Of a stretch of DNA of 64,000 nucleotides, positions 47,478 through 57,777 are shown piece after piece. The DNA comes from an uncultured Nitrospiraceae bacterium (lineage in GTDB: Bacteria; Nitrospirota; Thermodesulfovibrionia; Thermodesulfovibrionales; Dissulfurispiraceae). The stretch covers positions 1,600,001 through 1,664,000 of the forward strand of contig CAVSHF010000003.1 in NCBI GenBank assembly GCA_963727805.1, in the 5' to 3' direction. A program made the position numbers and the translations under genes. Below the pieces are notes generated by a model, which was not told the DNA's origin, did not search any database, and saw only the letters and a list, made by a program, of their open reading frames with translations. The stretch's first letter is position 1. Each line of letters opens with the position of its first letter.

Positions 47478-49913
47478 ATGACACATCTTTATAAAGCAGA
47501 CCTTCATGTGCATTCAAGGTTTTCTAACAAGCCTTCTATTTGGGCACTCAGAAAATTGAACTGCCCCGAAAGTTATACCTTACCGGAAAGCATCTATAGA
47601 ATTGCCCTCAAAAAGGGGATGGATTATGTAACCATAACCGACCATAACACGATAAACGGTTCACTTGAGATTGCCCACCTGCCGGGTACTTTCATTAGCT
47701 CGGAGATAACTACCTACTTCCCTGAGGACGGCTGTAAGATGCATGTCGTTGCACTCAACATCACTGAGCGCAGTTTTGACGACATCATGCACTTGAGAAA
47801 AGACATCTATGAACTCGTGGCCTATCTTCAAGGAAATCGTATCGCCCACTACATCGCTCACCCGCTGTATGATATGAACGGGCGGATTTCGGCTGAAACA
47901 ATCGAGAAGTTGGTGCTTCTCTTCGATGTCTTCGAGACAAAGAACGGCTCACGTTCTCAGCGATACAACCAGATGGTATCCAGTATCCTCGATTCTCTTG
48001 ACGAAGACAGGTTGGCGAAACTGGCTGACCGGCACGGGATCTTACCATATGGACAATCACCGTGGATGAAGGGTTCCGTGGGAGGGTCAGACGACCATAG
48101 TGGCTTTTTTGTAGCGAGGGCATACACGGTATCCCCGGCAGGAAGGTCCATTGATGAGTTTGTTGGCTCAATATCGGACCGTAACAGTCTGCCCGCCGGT
48201 GACGATGGTGACGCTATGATGCTGGCACACAGCATCTACGGCATCGGTTACCGCTTCTTCAAGGAAAAGTTTGAGAAGAAAAAGATCAATTCCATGCCGT
48301 TTGTCAAAGCCCTGATGAAGCAGGTCATGAATACAGATCGCAGCGGAATGCTTCTAATCGAGAGGTTGCAGTTGTTTATCAGGAAGAACATACCGGAGAT
48401 GTATACCGGGCTTGAGGGTAGGACATTCGAGGAGATCATCGACCGGGAGGCGCGCATACTCCTGAACGACCCGAGCTTCCTATCGAGCATAAGCGTCGAG
48501 GATATTAACAGACGTGTTTTCACTGTGACGAGCTACCTCATCAACAGGCTCATATATATATATACAAATCAGATGATAAAGACATGTTTGTCGATGAGCA
48601 TAATGAATCTTGCCAATTCACTAAGCAGCATAGGGTTCATACATCTTCTTGCATCTCCTTATTACCTCGCGTTTCACCATCAGCACCGAAGCAAGGCTCT
48701 GCTGGCGGAATTAGAGACTCGTTTCCTTGCGGAGATCAAATCACCTTTACCTCAGAAGATCGCGCTTTTTACCGATACGCTCCATGAGATAAACGGGGTG
48801 GCGATAACCATAAAGCGTCTTATGGAAAAGGCCAGGAGAGAAGGTGTCGAACTTGTGGTCATTACCTCGAGCCCGGACGAAACATCCTTCAATAACGGCA
48901 TTATGAATTTCAAATCCTTCGGCATGTTCGCACTACCTGAATATCCGGACCTTAAGCTCCATTTCCCGCCCATCCTCGATATTATCGATTATGTGGAAAA
49001 GGAAGGCTTTACGCGGTTTCATGTCAGCACGCCCGGAACTGTAGGTCTTATTTCCCTTCTTATTGCGAAATTGATGGATATCCCCATATCGGGCACTTAC
49101 CACACCGACATCCCGCAATATGTAAAAAGCCTCACTAACGATGCATTCCTAGAGGATGTCGCCTGGAGTTATATGATCTGGTTCTACAATCTCATGGAAG
49201 AGGTGATGGTACCATCTGCAAGCACACGTAAGCAGCTCATCGAAAAAGGTCTTGTTGCGGACAAGGTGCGTCCCCTTCCCAGATGGGTCGATACCGAATT
49301 TTTTACACCCATAAAAAGAGACCCCTATCTATGGACACGGCAGGGGCTTTTCGGCAGGGTGAAGTTCCTTTACACCGGCAGGGTTTCGCGGGAAAAGAAC
49401 CTTGAGCTCCTCTCACAGGCATTCAGGGCGATGATAGACGCCGGCCTAGATGGTGACCTGATTATCGTGGGAGATGGACCGTATCGGCAAGAGATGCAAG
49501 AGCAGATGAAAGGCTATCCGGCAATCTTCACAGGCTTTCTTACGGGAGAGGATCTCTGTATTGCATATGCTTCTTCCGATGTCTTCGTCTTTCCGAGCAC
49601 TACTGACACCTTCGGCAATGTGGTGCTGGAGGCCCAAGCATCCGGCCTCCCTGTCATCGTATCCGACGAAGGTGGACCAAAGGAACTGATGAAAGACGGC
49701 GTAACCGGCCTTTCGATATCTTCCAATAATCTCGATGCCCTGATCAATGCCATGAGCTTCTTCGTGAGCGAGCGCAGCCTTATTAATACTATGGGGGCTA
49801 ACGCCCGGCATTTTACCGAAAATCATTCAATTGATGTGAGCAATGCATACAGCACCATACTCAGGAGCAAGCCTTGCCGAACGCCGCTCGAAGACGCCAC
49901 CATGACCGCATGA
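47478..49913 (+). CDS. PHP-domain metallophosphoesterase fused to GT4 glycosyltransferase
   Basis: DLHVHS, TITDHN, AHP, GGSDDH (PHP); IALFTDT..EINGVA, HVSTPG, YHTD, GRVSREKN, TDTFGNVVLEAQASGLP (GT4). Confidence 0.9.
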   Translation: MTHLYKADLHVHSRFSNKPSIWALRKLNCPESYTLPESIYRIALKKGMDYVTITDHNTINGSLEIAHLPGTFISSEITTYFPEDGCKMHVVALNITERSFDDIMHLRKDIYELVAYLQGNRIAHYIAHPLYDMNGRISAETIEKLVLLFDVFETKNGSRSQRYNQMVSSILDSLDEDRLAKLADRHGILPYGQSPWMKGSVGGSDDHSGFFVARAYTVSPAGRSIDEFVGSISDRNSLPAGDDGDAMMLAHSIYGIGYRFFKEKFEKKKINSMPFVKALMKQVMNTDRSGMLLIERLQLFIRKNIPEMYTGLEGRTFEEIIDREARILLNDPSFLSSISVEDINRRVFTVTSYLINRLIYIYTNQMIKTCLSMSIMNLANSLSSIGFIHLLASPYYLAFHHQHRSKALLAELETRFLAEIKSPLPQKIALFTDTLHEINGVAITIKRLMEKARREGVELVVITSSPDETSFNNGIMNFKSFGMFALPEYPDLKLHFPPILDIIDYVEKEGFTRFHVSTPGTVGLISLLIAKLMDIPISGTYHTDIPQYVKSLTNDAFLEDVAWSYMIWFYNLMEEVMVPSASTRKQLIEKGLVADKVRPLPRWVDTEFFTPIKRDPYLWTRQGLFGRVKFLYTGRVSREKNLELLSQAFRAMIDAGLDGDLIIVGDGPYRQEMQEQMKGYPAIFTGFLTGEDLCIAYASSDVFVFPSTTDTFGNVVLEAQASGLPVIVSDEGGPKELMKDGVTGLSISSNNLDALINAMSFFVSERSLINTMGANARHFTENHSIDVSNAYSTILRSKPCRTPLEDATMTA

Positions 49914-51199
49914 CGTCAGGCCATGCCTTAATAAAGGGACTTCAACTCCTTACCCCTTTTTTCAGTAACCACCTCCCAGGTCAGGTCGTCATGCAATACA
50001 CCGACATGTGCAATGCTCAGTGTCCCCAGTGCGGAATGAGGAGCACCGAGTCCTTCAAAAGATCGACGCTCGGCATCGATACTGCCAAAAGGATCATAGA
50101 CCATGCCGCCGCAAGCGGTATTTCCGCTCTCTCAATCACCGGAGGAGAGCCCCTGCTATTTCTCGATGATGTTGTGGAACTTATCAGATACGCTCATGAC
50201 GCGGGCATTAAATATACGCGGACCGGTACAAACGGCTTCCTCTTCATGCATTCAGAAAAACCGGATTTTGAGAAGCGCGTCTCAAAGATCGCTGAGACCC
50301 TCGCCGTAAGTGGCATCTACACCTTCTGGATCAGCATTGACTCTGCAATTCCGGACGTCCATGAGCAGATGCGCGGACTACCGGGCGTCATTCCCGGCAT
50401 AGAAAAAGCCTTGCCCATTTTGCACGAACACGGCATCTATCCCGCAGCCAATCTCGGTATTAACCGAAACATTCTGAGTAATATCGAAGGCAATAATTTG
50501 TCGGTCACACACCCAGTCGAATTCTACGAAGCATTCAGGGAAGCCTTCGGCCGGTTCTATTCATTTGTGATTGATCTTGGCTTTACGATGGCAAACGCCT
50601 GCTATCCGATGAGTATCGACTCCAACAAAATTGCGAGACTCAGCGCCGCTTATGCCGCAACCTCGGAAGCACAACTGGTAGAGTTCGCCGATGATGAGAG
50701 ACCTCTTCTATTCAAGGCGCTTTTCGATACCATTCCACTATTCAGGTCAAAAATTAGAATATTTTCTCCGAGGAGCTCCCTGTACTCTCTCATTAGGCAA
50801 TACACTGTCGGTGAAGAGTACTGCTATCCCTGCAGGGGCGGAACGGACTTTTTCTTCGTCGATGCTAAGGAGGGTGCTGCCTACCCCTGCGGGTACAGAG
50901 GAGATGAACGGCTCGGACGTTTTTGGGAGATCAACATAAAAAACCGGGATAGCGCCTCCTCGTGCAGGAGATGCGACTGGGAATGTTTCAGAGACCCATC
51001 GGAACTGATGGGCCCTCTGCCATCGCTTTTTTCGCAGCCTGTGACTACTCTTTCGAGGCTTATTACAGATAAGACCTATTCAAAACTGTGGCTTGGGGAC
51101 ATCTCTTATTTCCGGGCTTGCAACTACTTCGATGGCCGGAGACCTCCAGATTTCAGAAAGATGTCGACATTCTTACCGAAAGAGGAGAGACGTTCATAA
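49910..51199 (+). CDS. Radical SAM protein with C-terminal Cys cluster (SPASM/Twitch-like)
   Basis: CNAQCPQC, TGGEP, TNG; CRGG...YPCGY...CRRCDWEC; ATGA overlap. Confidence 0.9.
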   Translation: MTSGHALIKGLQLLTPFFSNHLPGQVVMQYTDMCNAQCPQCGMRSTESFKRSTLGIDTAKRIIDHAAASGISALSITGGEPLLFLDDVVELIRYAHDAGIKYTRTGTNGFLFMHSEKPDFEKRVSKIAETLAVSGIYTFWISIDSAIPDVHEQMRGLPGVIPGIEKALPILHEHGIYPAANLGINRNILSNIEGNNLSVTHPVEFYEAFREAFGRFYSFVIDLGFTMANACYPMSIDSNKIARLSAAYAATSEAQLVEFADDERPLLFKALFDTIPLFRSKIRIFSPRSSLYSLIRQYTVGEEYCYPCRGGTDFFFVDAKEGAAYPCGYRGDERLGRFWEINIKNRDSASSCRRCDWECFRDPSELMGPLPSLFSQPVTTLSRLITDKTYSKLWLGDISYFRACNYFDGRRPPDFRKMSTFLPKEERRS

Positions 51200-51213
51200 T
51201 AGGCTTGTTGGGC

Positions 51214-53481
51214 ATGTCCAACAAGCCTCATCTCCCGGCATATTTTCGCTCGGGCAGATTGTGCATATTTCTCTTGTTTTCACTTTTCGCCCTCCTCTGC
51301 GCATCGACTGAAAATGGCTCTGCGGCATCACTTTCGCCGGTCAAATCGATTACCATCGAAGCGCCCTCTGAACTCCTAGAAAATAGCATCACAATATTGG
51401 CAATAGATGATGCGATTAATCTTTTGAAAAAAAGTTTCACAGGAGCTGCCATCTCTCTCAATGGCGATAACGCACAAGTACGGATCATCCTGCCGAAGAT
51501 CATTAAGCATGAACGCCTGATGACTTCGAGCTTTTCCAAGGGAAGGACTTATGACTATCTGAATTATCCTGAGCACAATTACAGATGGCGCTCATCTCGG
51601 AAGAAAGACATCATCACTCTGGAGCTCCGCAGTTCTTCTTATGAAGGGACGGCCTTCGGCATTTATGGTCTACTTCAGGAGAAGCTCGGGTTCAAGTTCT
51701 ATCACCCACGGAGATCCATAATCCCATCCCACAAAGCTTGGCCCCTGCCTCCCAATTTTGATTGGCAGGCAACGCCGCGCTTTGATAAAAAAGGCTTCCA
51801 TATCCACACTCAGCACCCTGTCGAACTTGCCGAGCAACTTCATAACCCCGGCATGGTCAATGCACTTGCTGATGTGAAGGAATACATCGACTGGCTTGCT
51901 CGAAACCAGCAAAACGTCTTCCAGTTTTATCTGCTTCGCGATATTCAACGAGACCAGTGGATGAGGCATGCCAAAGAAATAGTATCATACGCTCACAAAA
52001 GGGGAATCCTTATAGGGGTAGAATTCTCCCTCGCCTGCATACAGCAAAAAGCCTTTCAGGCGCTCAAGCTCCTCAACCCTTTGCAGGGCAGCTATCGTAC
52101 TCAGGTTGATGACACCCTTGCATGGTTGTTGCAGGCAGACTGGGATTTTGTGACCGTTGATTTCTCCATGGGCGAATATATGCTGGATCTTGGTGTGACA
52201 ATGCCGGAATTGCGCGACTATGTAATCACTCAAATCACCACGAAGTACAAAACTAAGGTACTATATGCAACTCACATAATTCAGCAAAAGGATTGCGTCA
52301 AACTGCCAAAGGCATTGCAGAGCATGTTCAGTCCCGCATGCGACGGTACTATACATATCCCTCAGCAAGCAGGGGTTCTGATTCACACCGTGATGTGCTA
52401 CTCCATCGATGCGATGAAAGCTCCGGTATACGGCAATGCAAACCAGCGCTATATGCTTCGGCGAGCTGCTGAGGAAAGCAGAATCCGTGAAACCTGGTAC
52501 TGGCCCGAATCGTCTTACTGGGTCTCGTTTGACAACTCCGTGCCTTTGCTTTTGCTTACGTATCTCGACGCGCGGTGGCGTGATATGAATACCATGAAAA
52601 GGATCGGGGTCGATAACCACATTACCTTCAGTTCGGGATGGGAATGGGGTTATTGGCTGATTGACTGGAGCATCGCTCGATGGTCGTGGGTGCATAAGGG
52701 AAAAGGCAGTGGAAAAACATCCCATCCGCTAAACATATTGTTCGACCTATTCACAGATGAGCGCATTGAAAACATCTGGGAAGAAGCACTTGCTCTCCAG
52801 GACTACTTTTTTAATGAACGCGAATTAATGCCATTGATGTCGGCCCTTGACCCATCAGCGGAACTTCCATCACCTTTCAATCATCCTTTCCAGCCCCGGC
52901 CGAGCTTCACATTCGAATGGCTTCTCAGAAAATCTTCAGATGATTATGTAAACAAGGTCCTGCAGGGCCCTGTCGCTTCACTGATTGATTATGACCAAAA
53001 GATGAGTCATTTGACAAAAATGCTCAAGGTCGAATCGGCACGTTTCTTTTCAAAAAGAAAGCATAGCAATCCTCAACTCAAGGGGCTCATGGATGAGTTG
53101 ACCAGAAGCTTACAGATTACCGCCCTACGGGCCAGGCACCGTTCATTGACCATAAAGGCACTGATTGCAAAACGCGAGCAAGTTCTAAAGGGCCGACTGA
53201 CGAATGAAGCGGAGGCCTTGCTGCAACGTGCCATGGAAGTGCGCAGCGAGGCCCAGACAATAGTGCATGTTCAGGAAGGTGCATACCGTTATCCTGTGGA
53301 ATTGCTTGCACGTAAGCGACAGAGCTTTACTGCTTATGAGTTCGGGTATCTTTATCCTGCAAGCAATCTTTACTTCTGGTGGCGGGAAGAAGAGCAGGTC
53401 CGAAACACTAGATTCGATGCCTTTTATCTGAACATATGGGACTTCAGACGCATCATAGGTCTCGAGAGCCTGCTGTATTAA
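51214..53481 (+). CDS. Large exported hypothetical protein (possibly glycoside-hydrolase-like)
   Basis: Signal-like hydrophobic N-terminus; GTAFGIYGLLQEKLGFKFYHP...PRF.KKGFHIHTQHP...YIDWLARN resembles the GH20/GH67-like N-domain plus barrel layout. Confidence 0.6.
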   Translation: MSNKPHLPAYFRSGRLCIFLLFSLFALLCASTENGSAASLSPVKSITIEAPSELLENSITILAIDDAINLLKKSFTGAAISLNGDNAQVRIILPKIIKHERLMTSSFSKGRTYDYLNYPEHNYRWRSSRKKDIITLELRSSSYEGTAFGIYGLLQEKLGFKFYHPRRSIIPSHKAWPLPPNFDWQATPRFDKKGFHIHTQHPVELAEQLHNPGMVNALADVKEYIDWLARNQQNVFQFYLLRDIQRDQWMRHAKEIVSYAHKRGILIGVEFSLACIQQKAFQALKLLNPLQGSYRTQVDDTLAWLLQADWDFVTVDFSMGEYMLDLGVTMPELRDYVITQITTKYKTKVLYATHIIQQKDCVKLPKALQSMFSPACDGTIHIPQQAGVLIHTVMCYSIDAMKAPVYGNANQRYMLRRAAEESRIRETWYWPESSYWVSFDNSVPLLLLTYLDARWRDMNTMKRIGVDNHITFSSGWEWGYWLIDWSIARWSWVHKGKGSGKTSHPLNILFDLFTDERIENIWEEALALQDYFFNERELMPLMSALDPSAELPSPFNHPFQPRPSFTFEWLLRKSSDDYVNKVLQGPVASLIDYDQKMSHLTKMLKVESARFFSKRKHSNPQLKGLMDELTRSLQITALRARHRSLTIKALIAKREQVLKGRLTNEAEALLQRAMEVRSEAQTIVHVQEGAYRYPVELLARKRQSFTAYEFGYLYPASNLYFWWREEEQVRNTRFDAFYLNIWDFRRIIGLESLLY

Positions 53482-53532
53482 CAGAAGTGTAACAGTCCTG
53501 TAATGTTGGCTTAATCTCAATATCGATATAAT
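53477..53532 (+). promoter_or_regulatory. Pho-box-like array and -10
   Basis: ATTAAC 53477, TGTAAC 53488, TGTAAT 53499, CTTAAT 53510; TATAAT 53527. Confidence 0.7.
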
Positions 53533-53679
53533 GAGCTCGATGTTGAACAGGAACATACCTCGCTTACTTTCATGATCTACCTGAACAACATCCTTTTGAC
53601 CTATAATAGACGAGGACGAATTGCCGACCGGAGAGATCGACAGCCCGTATAATATGGTGTTTCCTATGGGAGGAAATTA

Positions 53680-53985
53680 ATGAAAGTATGTGAAACACGT
53701 TTTTATACGAATATCTTCAGGCACGAGGTCGATACCATCCTTAAAGAACTGCAAAAGAATTGTGCGACAATAACGGGTGACAATCCGTGGTATGTTGACA
53801 CCCTCCAGGCCGGCGTCAAGTTAAAGGGTGAGTGGATTGAGAAATCCTTGATCCTATCGATAACCATCACCAATAGTGATTGGTATGTTCCACACTCAAC
53901 AATATGGGCAAAGATTGACGATTTGATGTCCGGCATCAAGGGGATGTCGGATAACGTAACAGCGGCGAATATCTCCCAATCGTAA
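53680..53985 (+). CDS. Hypothetical protein
   Basis: GGGAGG RBS, 101-aa ORF downstream of a Pho-like promoter. Confidence 0.65.
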   Translation: MKVCETRFYTNIFRHEVDTILKELQKNCATITGDNPWYVDTLQAGVKLKGEWIEKSLILSITITNSDWYVPHSTIWAKIDDLMSGIKGMSDNVTAANISQS

Positions 53986-54306
53986 AAATCGCAAAGTCTG
54001 TATTAGACTATATGGTAAAATGTCCACGGCCCTGACATTGCAGATTCCCTCCGGAAATAGTTGCCGCAGAAATAGAGAGCTACGAGTACAAGTCCCTTTA
54101 AAATCGGCCTTCCTAACGGATGTCTGATCACAGCTGGAAAAGTAGCGTCGATATTAGTCCCTGAGTAAGCCATCGCAACCGCTATCTCCTGTTTAAAATT
54201 ATTTCTCTTGGATTAACAATACATATGACCGAGCTTCCCTGAGACTAGTCCGTCGAGGGTTTCGACTTCAATCAGAATATGCAACAGACATTCACAGTCT
54301 TGCATC

Positions 54307-55908
54307 CTATGCAATATGCAATTTCATATGATTATTCCACTCCGCAACTGAAGAGGTCTTGATATGCGGCTTTGCTTCCTCCTCGGTCATCGACGGGTTT
54401 TTATATTTGAGCCCCATGAATCTACACATCACGTTAAATAGATAAGTATTGTCGATATACCTGTTAAGACCGAGTTGTTTGGCCTCATATCCGTAGGCCA
54501 ACACTATCTGGTCTTCCGCGGTATGATTTGTAGAGGTAAATCCAACGTTACCCCTTCTCAATAAAGCCGTCTCCACCCCTTCCCCGTTCTTGCCGTAAAT
54601 GCTGTGGGCCAATGCCTTGCCAAGCAAGGCATCCGGCAGATATATGAAGTCCCCGGGGTAAGACTGGTAGCCAGGCTGCATCGATTCATGTATCATCGAA
54701 GCCTCGTCTGCGGAAAGCTTATAAGTAGTATGGTAATCAAAGATGTCCCTGATTTCAGCTGCTGTCTTGCCTTTCATCTGCTTAGTCATTATTTCAAAGG
54801 ATGCCTTAATAGGCATATATTTCTTCAATGCCTCGGTCGAATCATTATAATCAGGCCCGGTCCCGTTGATACCCCAGCCTGAGTTCCCATGGTCTGAGGT
54901 GACGATCACGAGCGTATTTGGGTTCACCTTCAGATACTCTTCTATCACTCCCAGGGTCATATCCATTTCATACGTATCATTGATGGCCGTCCACGCATCA
55001 TTGGAATGGCTGGCATGATCAATCCTTCCCGCCTCGACCTGCAGGATGAACCCCTTTTGGTTCGCAGACAGCCGCTTAAGGGCAAGCGATGTCATCTCCG
55101 TTAGGTTTGGCTGCTTGCTATTCAATGCCTCATCATTCATCCTGTCAACATAATAGCTTATATGAGATGAATTGAAGAGTCCGAGGAGTGACTTGCTTGA
55201 AGACGATGCGGCCATGGATAACAGCGTTTCTTTGTCCTTTGCCACGTCATAGCCACCATCCGCAAATTCCCGAAAGAGGTCTCTGCCATCCTTTCTCGTT
55301 GATGGACTGAAATGTGCGCTCCCGCCTCCAAGCAGGATATCGGGGCGGAATTTCAAATAATCCAGGGCTATGGCATCCTCAAGATCCCTGTGCATCTGAT
55401 GCGAAATCCACGCAGCCGGTGTCGCATGCGTTACCCTCGTGGTCGTGACAAGTCCGGTTGCGTACCCGGACTCTTTTGCTATCTCAAGAATCGTCTTCAG
55501 GGGTCTGCCGTCTGGCAACGCCGACAGCAACCTGTTGGCGGTTTTAGAACCCGTCGCCCATGCCACCGATGCAGGAGCGGAGTCTGTAACGATACTCGAT
55601 AGACTCTTAGTCCCCACGAACCCGATAGCTGCATTCTCGTCTTTCATGCGAGAATAGAAATTGGTATCGGTAGCCCCGTTGAATCTCACCCTCATCTCGT
55701 GCATCGCCTTGATAACTCCGAGAGGCATTCCGTCTCCAACCACAAAAATCAGCCCGCGCGAATTTGAGGACTCAAATTCCTTAAGATTGCTTGCGGACAA
55801 GCCGGATGGTAAAAGGGAGTAAAGAGCCCCGGCACCTATTATCTTCAGCATATTCCTCCGACTGATACCATCGTCGGACTTTTTGTTATTTTCAGGCTTG
55901 TTCATCAA
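54307..55908 (-). CDS. phoA: Alkaline phosphatase (PhoA family) with twin-arginine signal
   Basis: SRRNMLK Tat motif; VGDGM, VTDSAPA (catalytic Ser), THATPAA, EAGRIDHASH, TSDHGN, NHTAED. Confidence 0.9.
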   Translation of the reverse strand: MMNKPENNKKSDDGISRRNMLKIIGAGALYSLLPSGLSASNLKEFESSNSRGLIFVVGDGMPLGVIKAMHEMRVRFNGATDTNFYSRMKDENAAIGFVGTKSLSSIVTDSAPASVAWATGSKTANRLLSALPDGRPLKTILEIAKESGYATGLVTTTRVTHATPAAWISHQMHRDLEDAIALDYLKFRPDILLGGGSAHFSPSTRKDGRDLFREFADGGYDVAKDKETLLSMAASSSSKSLLGLFNSSHISYYVDRMNDEALNSKQPNLTEMTSLALKRLSANQKGFILQVEAGRIDHASHSNDAWTAINDTYEMDMTLGVIEEYLKVNPNTLVIVTSDHGNSGWGINGTGPDYNDSTEALKKYMPIKASFEIMTKQMKGKTAAEIRDIFDYHTTYKLSADEASMIHESMQPGYQSYPGDFIYLPDALLGKALAHSIYGKNGEGVETALLRRGNVGFTSTNHTAEDQIVLAYGYEAKQLGLNRYIDNTYLFNVMCRFMGLKYKNPSMTEEEAKPHIKTSSVAEWNNHMKLHIA

Positions 55909-55991
55909 ATACCTCCTTTAACAGATTATGTTAAGGGGCAATACCCCAGGATTCCATTTGATTCAATTGCTTTTTGCGTCCTATCGCAACG

Positions 55992-56717
55992 CTATTGCAA
56001 GGCCTTACTGAAGACCAAACTCTTAACCAGCCCTTCGGCGCAGTCTCCCGTATATTGCGAGTTGGTTTGGACCCTTATGCCGCGTATCTTTCGGGGTTCT
56101 TCATTGAATATCTTTCTGTAATCGTCGTGTATATTTCTCGTCATCGTCAGCCACTTCCCCGTATCGGAATTCCCGGTTTTCACGACAAGAACCTTAACCG
56201 TGACAAAGAGGGGGATGCCGATCGATTCATCGGTAATAGTCCCCTCGGGGGCGTTTGAGTCCCAGACATAACTCATGATCTTTCTGCCCTCGAAAGCGAC
56301 GAGGATCTGGAGAACCTGGTCGTTACGCGATCTCTTTCGCAGGTCTCCACGAGCTGGGATAATCAGAGCCTTCCATGTCCAGTTAAAATAAGGGAACTCT
56401 AGTACGTCGAGCGCCAGTTCTCTTTCGAGTGAGAATGAAGATTTCGATGACCGCAGATATAAAGCTGGGCCGCCCCCATCGGTCATCACTTCCGCATAAG
56501 CTGTCCCTTCGTTGACACGCAACTTCCATGGTGCCGGGATTCCCGACTTCCCCTCGGAGTCGGTAAAGTCGATAATAACAGCCGAACCATCCTTGCAGGC
56601 CGATCCGGCTGGAGATGTCATAATGGTCGATAAACTCGCTGCAATAAGCAGCAGCACCAATAATTTCTTGCAGCAGGGGACCGGAATAGTCGTTTTCCCG
56701 ATTAAAAAGTCTGTCAC
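55992..56717 (-). CDS. DUF3047-like exported protein
   Basis: PYFNWTWK, GDLR....ND, MSYVWDS, GKWLTMTRNIHDDYRKIF, IRVQTNSQYT; probable GTG start overlapping the dksA-like stop. Confidence 0.75.
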   Translation of the reverse strand: MTDFLIGKTTIPVPCCKKLLVLLLIAASLSTIMTSPAGSACKDGSAVIIDFTDSEGKSGIPAPWKLRVNEGTAYAEVMTDGGGPALYLRSSKSSFSLERELALDVLEFPYFNWTWKALIIPARGDLRKRSRNDQVLQILVAFEGRKIMSYVWDSNAPEGTITDESIGIPLFVTVKVLVVKTGNSDTGKWLTMTRNIHDDYRKIFNEEPRKIRGIRVQTNSQYTGDCAEGLVKSLVFSKALQ

Positions 56718-57079
56718 GCCCTCTCTTCCAGCAATTCCTGACAGTCTCTGCAATGCGTAGCAAAGGGAAGAATCTTGAGTCTTTTTTCGTCGATCTCCGC
56801 CAGACATTCTTCACAGATACCGTAACTGCCAACGCTTATCTTATCCAGTGCATTGTCAATCTGCTGCATGACGGCCCGCTGCGAATCAAGATTCCTGAAA
56901 TGCAGATAATCGGAATGGCAGGAGAAGGCACAGTCGCCTTCTTCGAGGCCGGCTCCAATAGTCTGCCTGTTTTCCCCTGACATGCGCTTTTTCATCTCGG
57001 TCTTCGATCGATAGATAATCTCTTTCTTCTTTTCGTGGAGCCTTTTTGCGACTTCCGATCGGATAGACTTTGTCAGCAT
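56714..57079 (-). CDS. DksA/TraR C4-type zinc finger protein
   Basis: Coiled coil; IDNALDKI..GSYGICEEC..EIDEKRL..LPFATHCRDCQ. Confidence 0.9.
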   Translation of the reverse strand: MLTKSIRSEVAKRLHEKKKEIIYRSKTEMKKRMSGENRQTIGAGLEEGDCAFSCHSDYLHFRNLDSQRAVMQQIDNALDKISVGSYGICEECLAEIDEKRLKILPFATHCRDCQELLEERA

Positions 57080-57113
57080 GGATGCCTCCTTATCTTTGGA
57101 ACTTCAATACTTA

Positions 57114-57169
57114 AGTATAGAAAAAAGTATATTAAAGCTAATTGACGACAGGATTAAGATACGGTTACA
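57114..57169 (-). promoter_or_regulatory. Pho-box-like array and -10 for dksA-like/DUF3047/phoA operon
   Basis: Minus strand TGTAAC-5-CTTAAT-5-CGTCAA-5-TTTAAT-11-TATACT. Confidence 0.7.
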
Positions 57170-57777
57170 ATATTCTACAACTTTCTGCTCTTGCGTTCCG
57201 GGAAATCCAGGAACGCTGCGCAAAGCGTCTCCACCCTCAGCGGTCGTAGTCAAGAAGCATCTTATATATAACTTAGCCAAGCGGCATGGATTTTATAATA
57301 AGGTATAGAGCAAGCAAAGTATAACGAAAACTATGATCAATTCGATAAAGATAGGCTATTGTATCTCTTTTCTTACTCAAATATTACGCTTTGTTGATCT
57401 ATGACCACAGTAAAATTTCATTAATTGCCTGCCAATTGATCCACTTATGTACATAAAAATTGTATGCTTAAAGGAACTCGCTCACTGAAGCCCGGAAGGT
57501 GAGAGTCCGGAAATAGCGACATTGGGCCGCGCAAGAATATACGACAATGCGTCTCCGCTGTTAGGAGTGAAGTCCTTTGCGCTCCGTGCTGCAAATTAGC
57601 CGCCGGGTTGAAACGGGACTTTTTCTGGCCGTTTCTATAAGTCGACATCCTAGCATTTTAACAGGGTAAGTATGAATAATTGCTGGACCACTGCAGGGAA
57701 TGTGCAATTAGTGTTGATATTCTCTATTGCACAGCCTTCAATGATGATTAGGAACAACATTTGACGGGCTAAAGACA

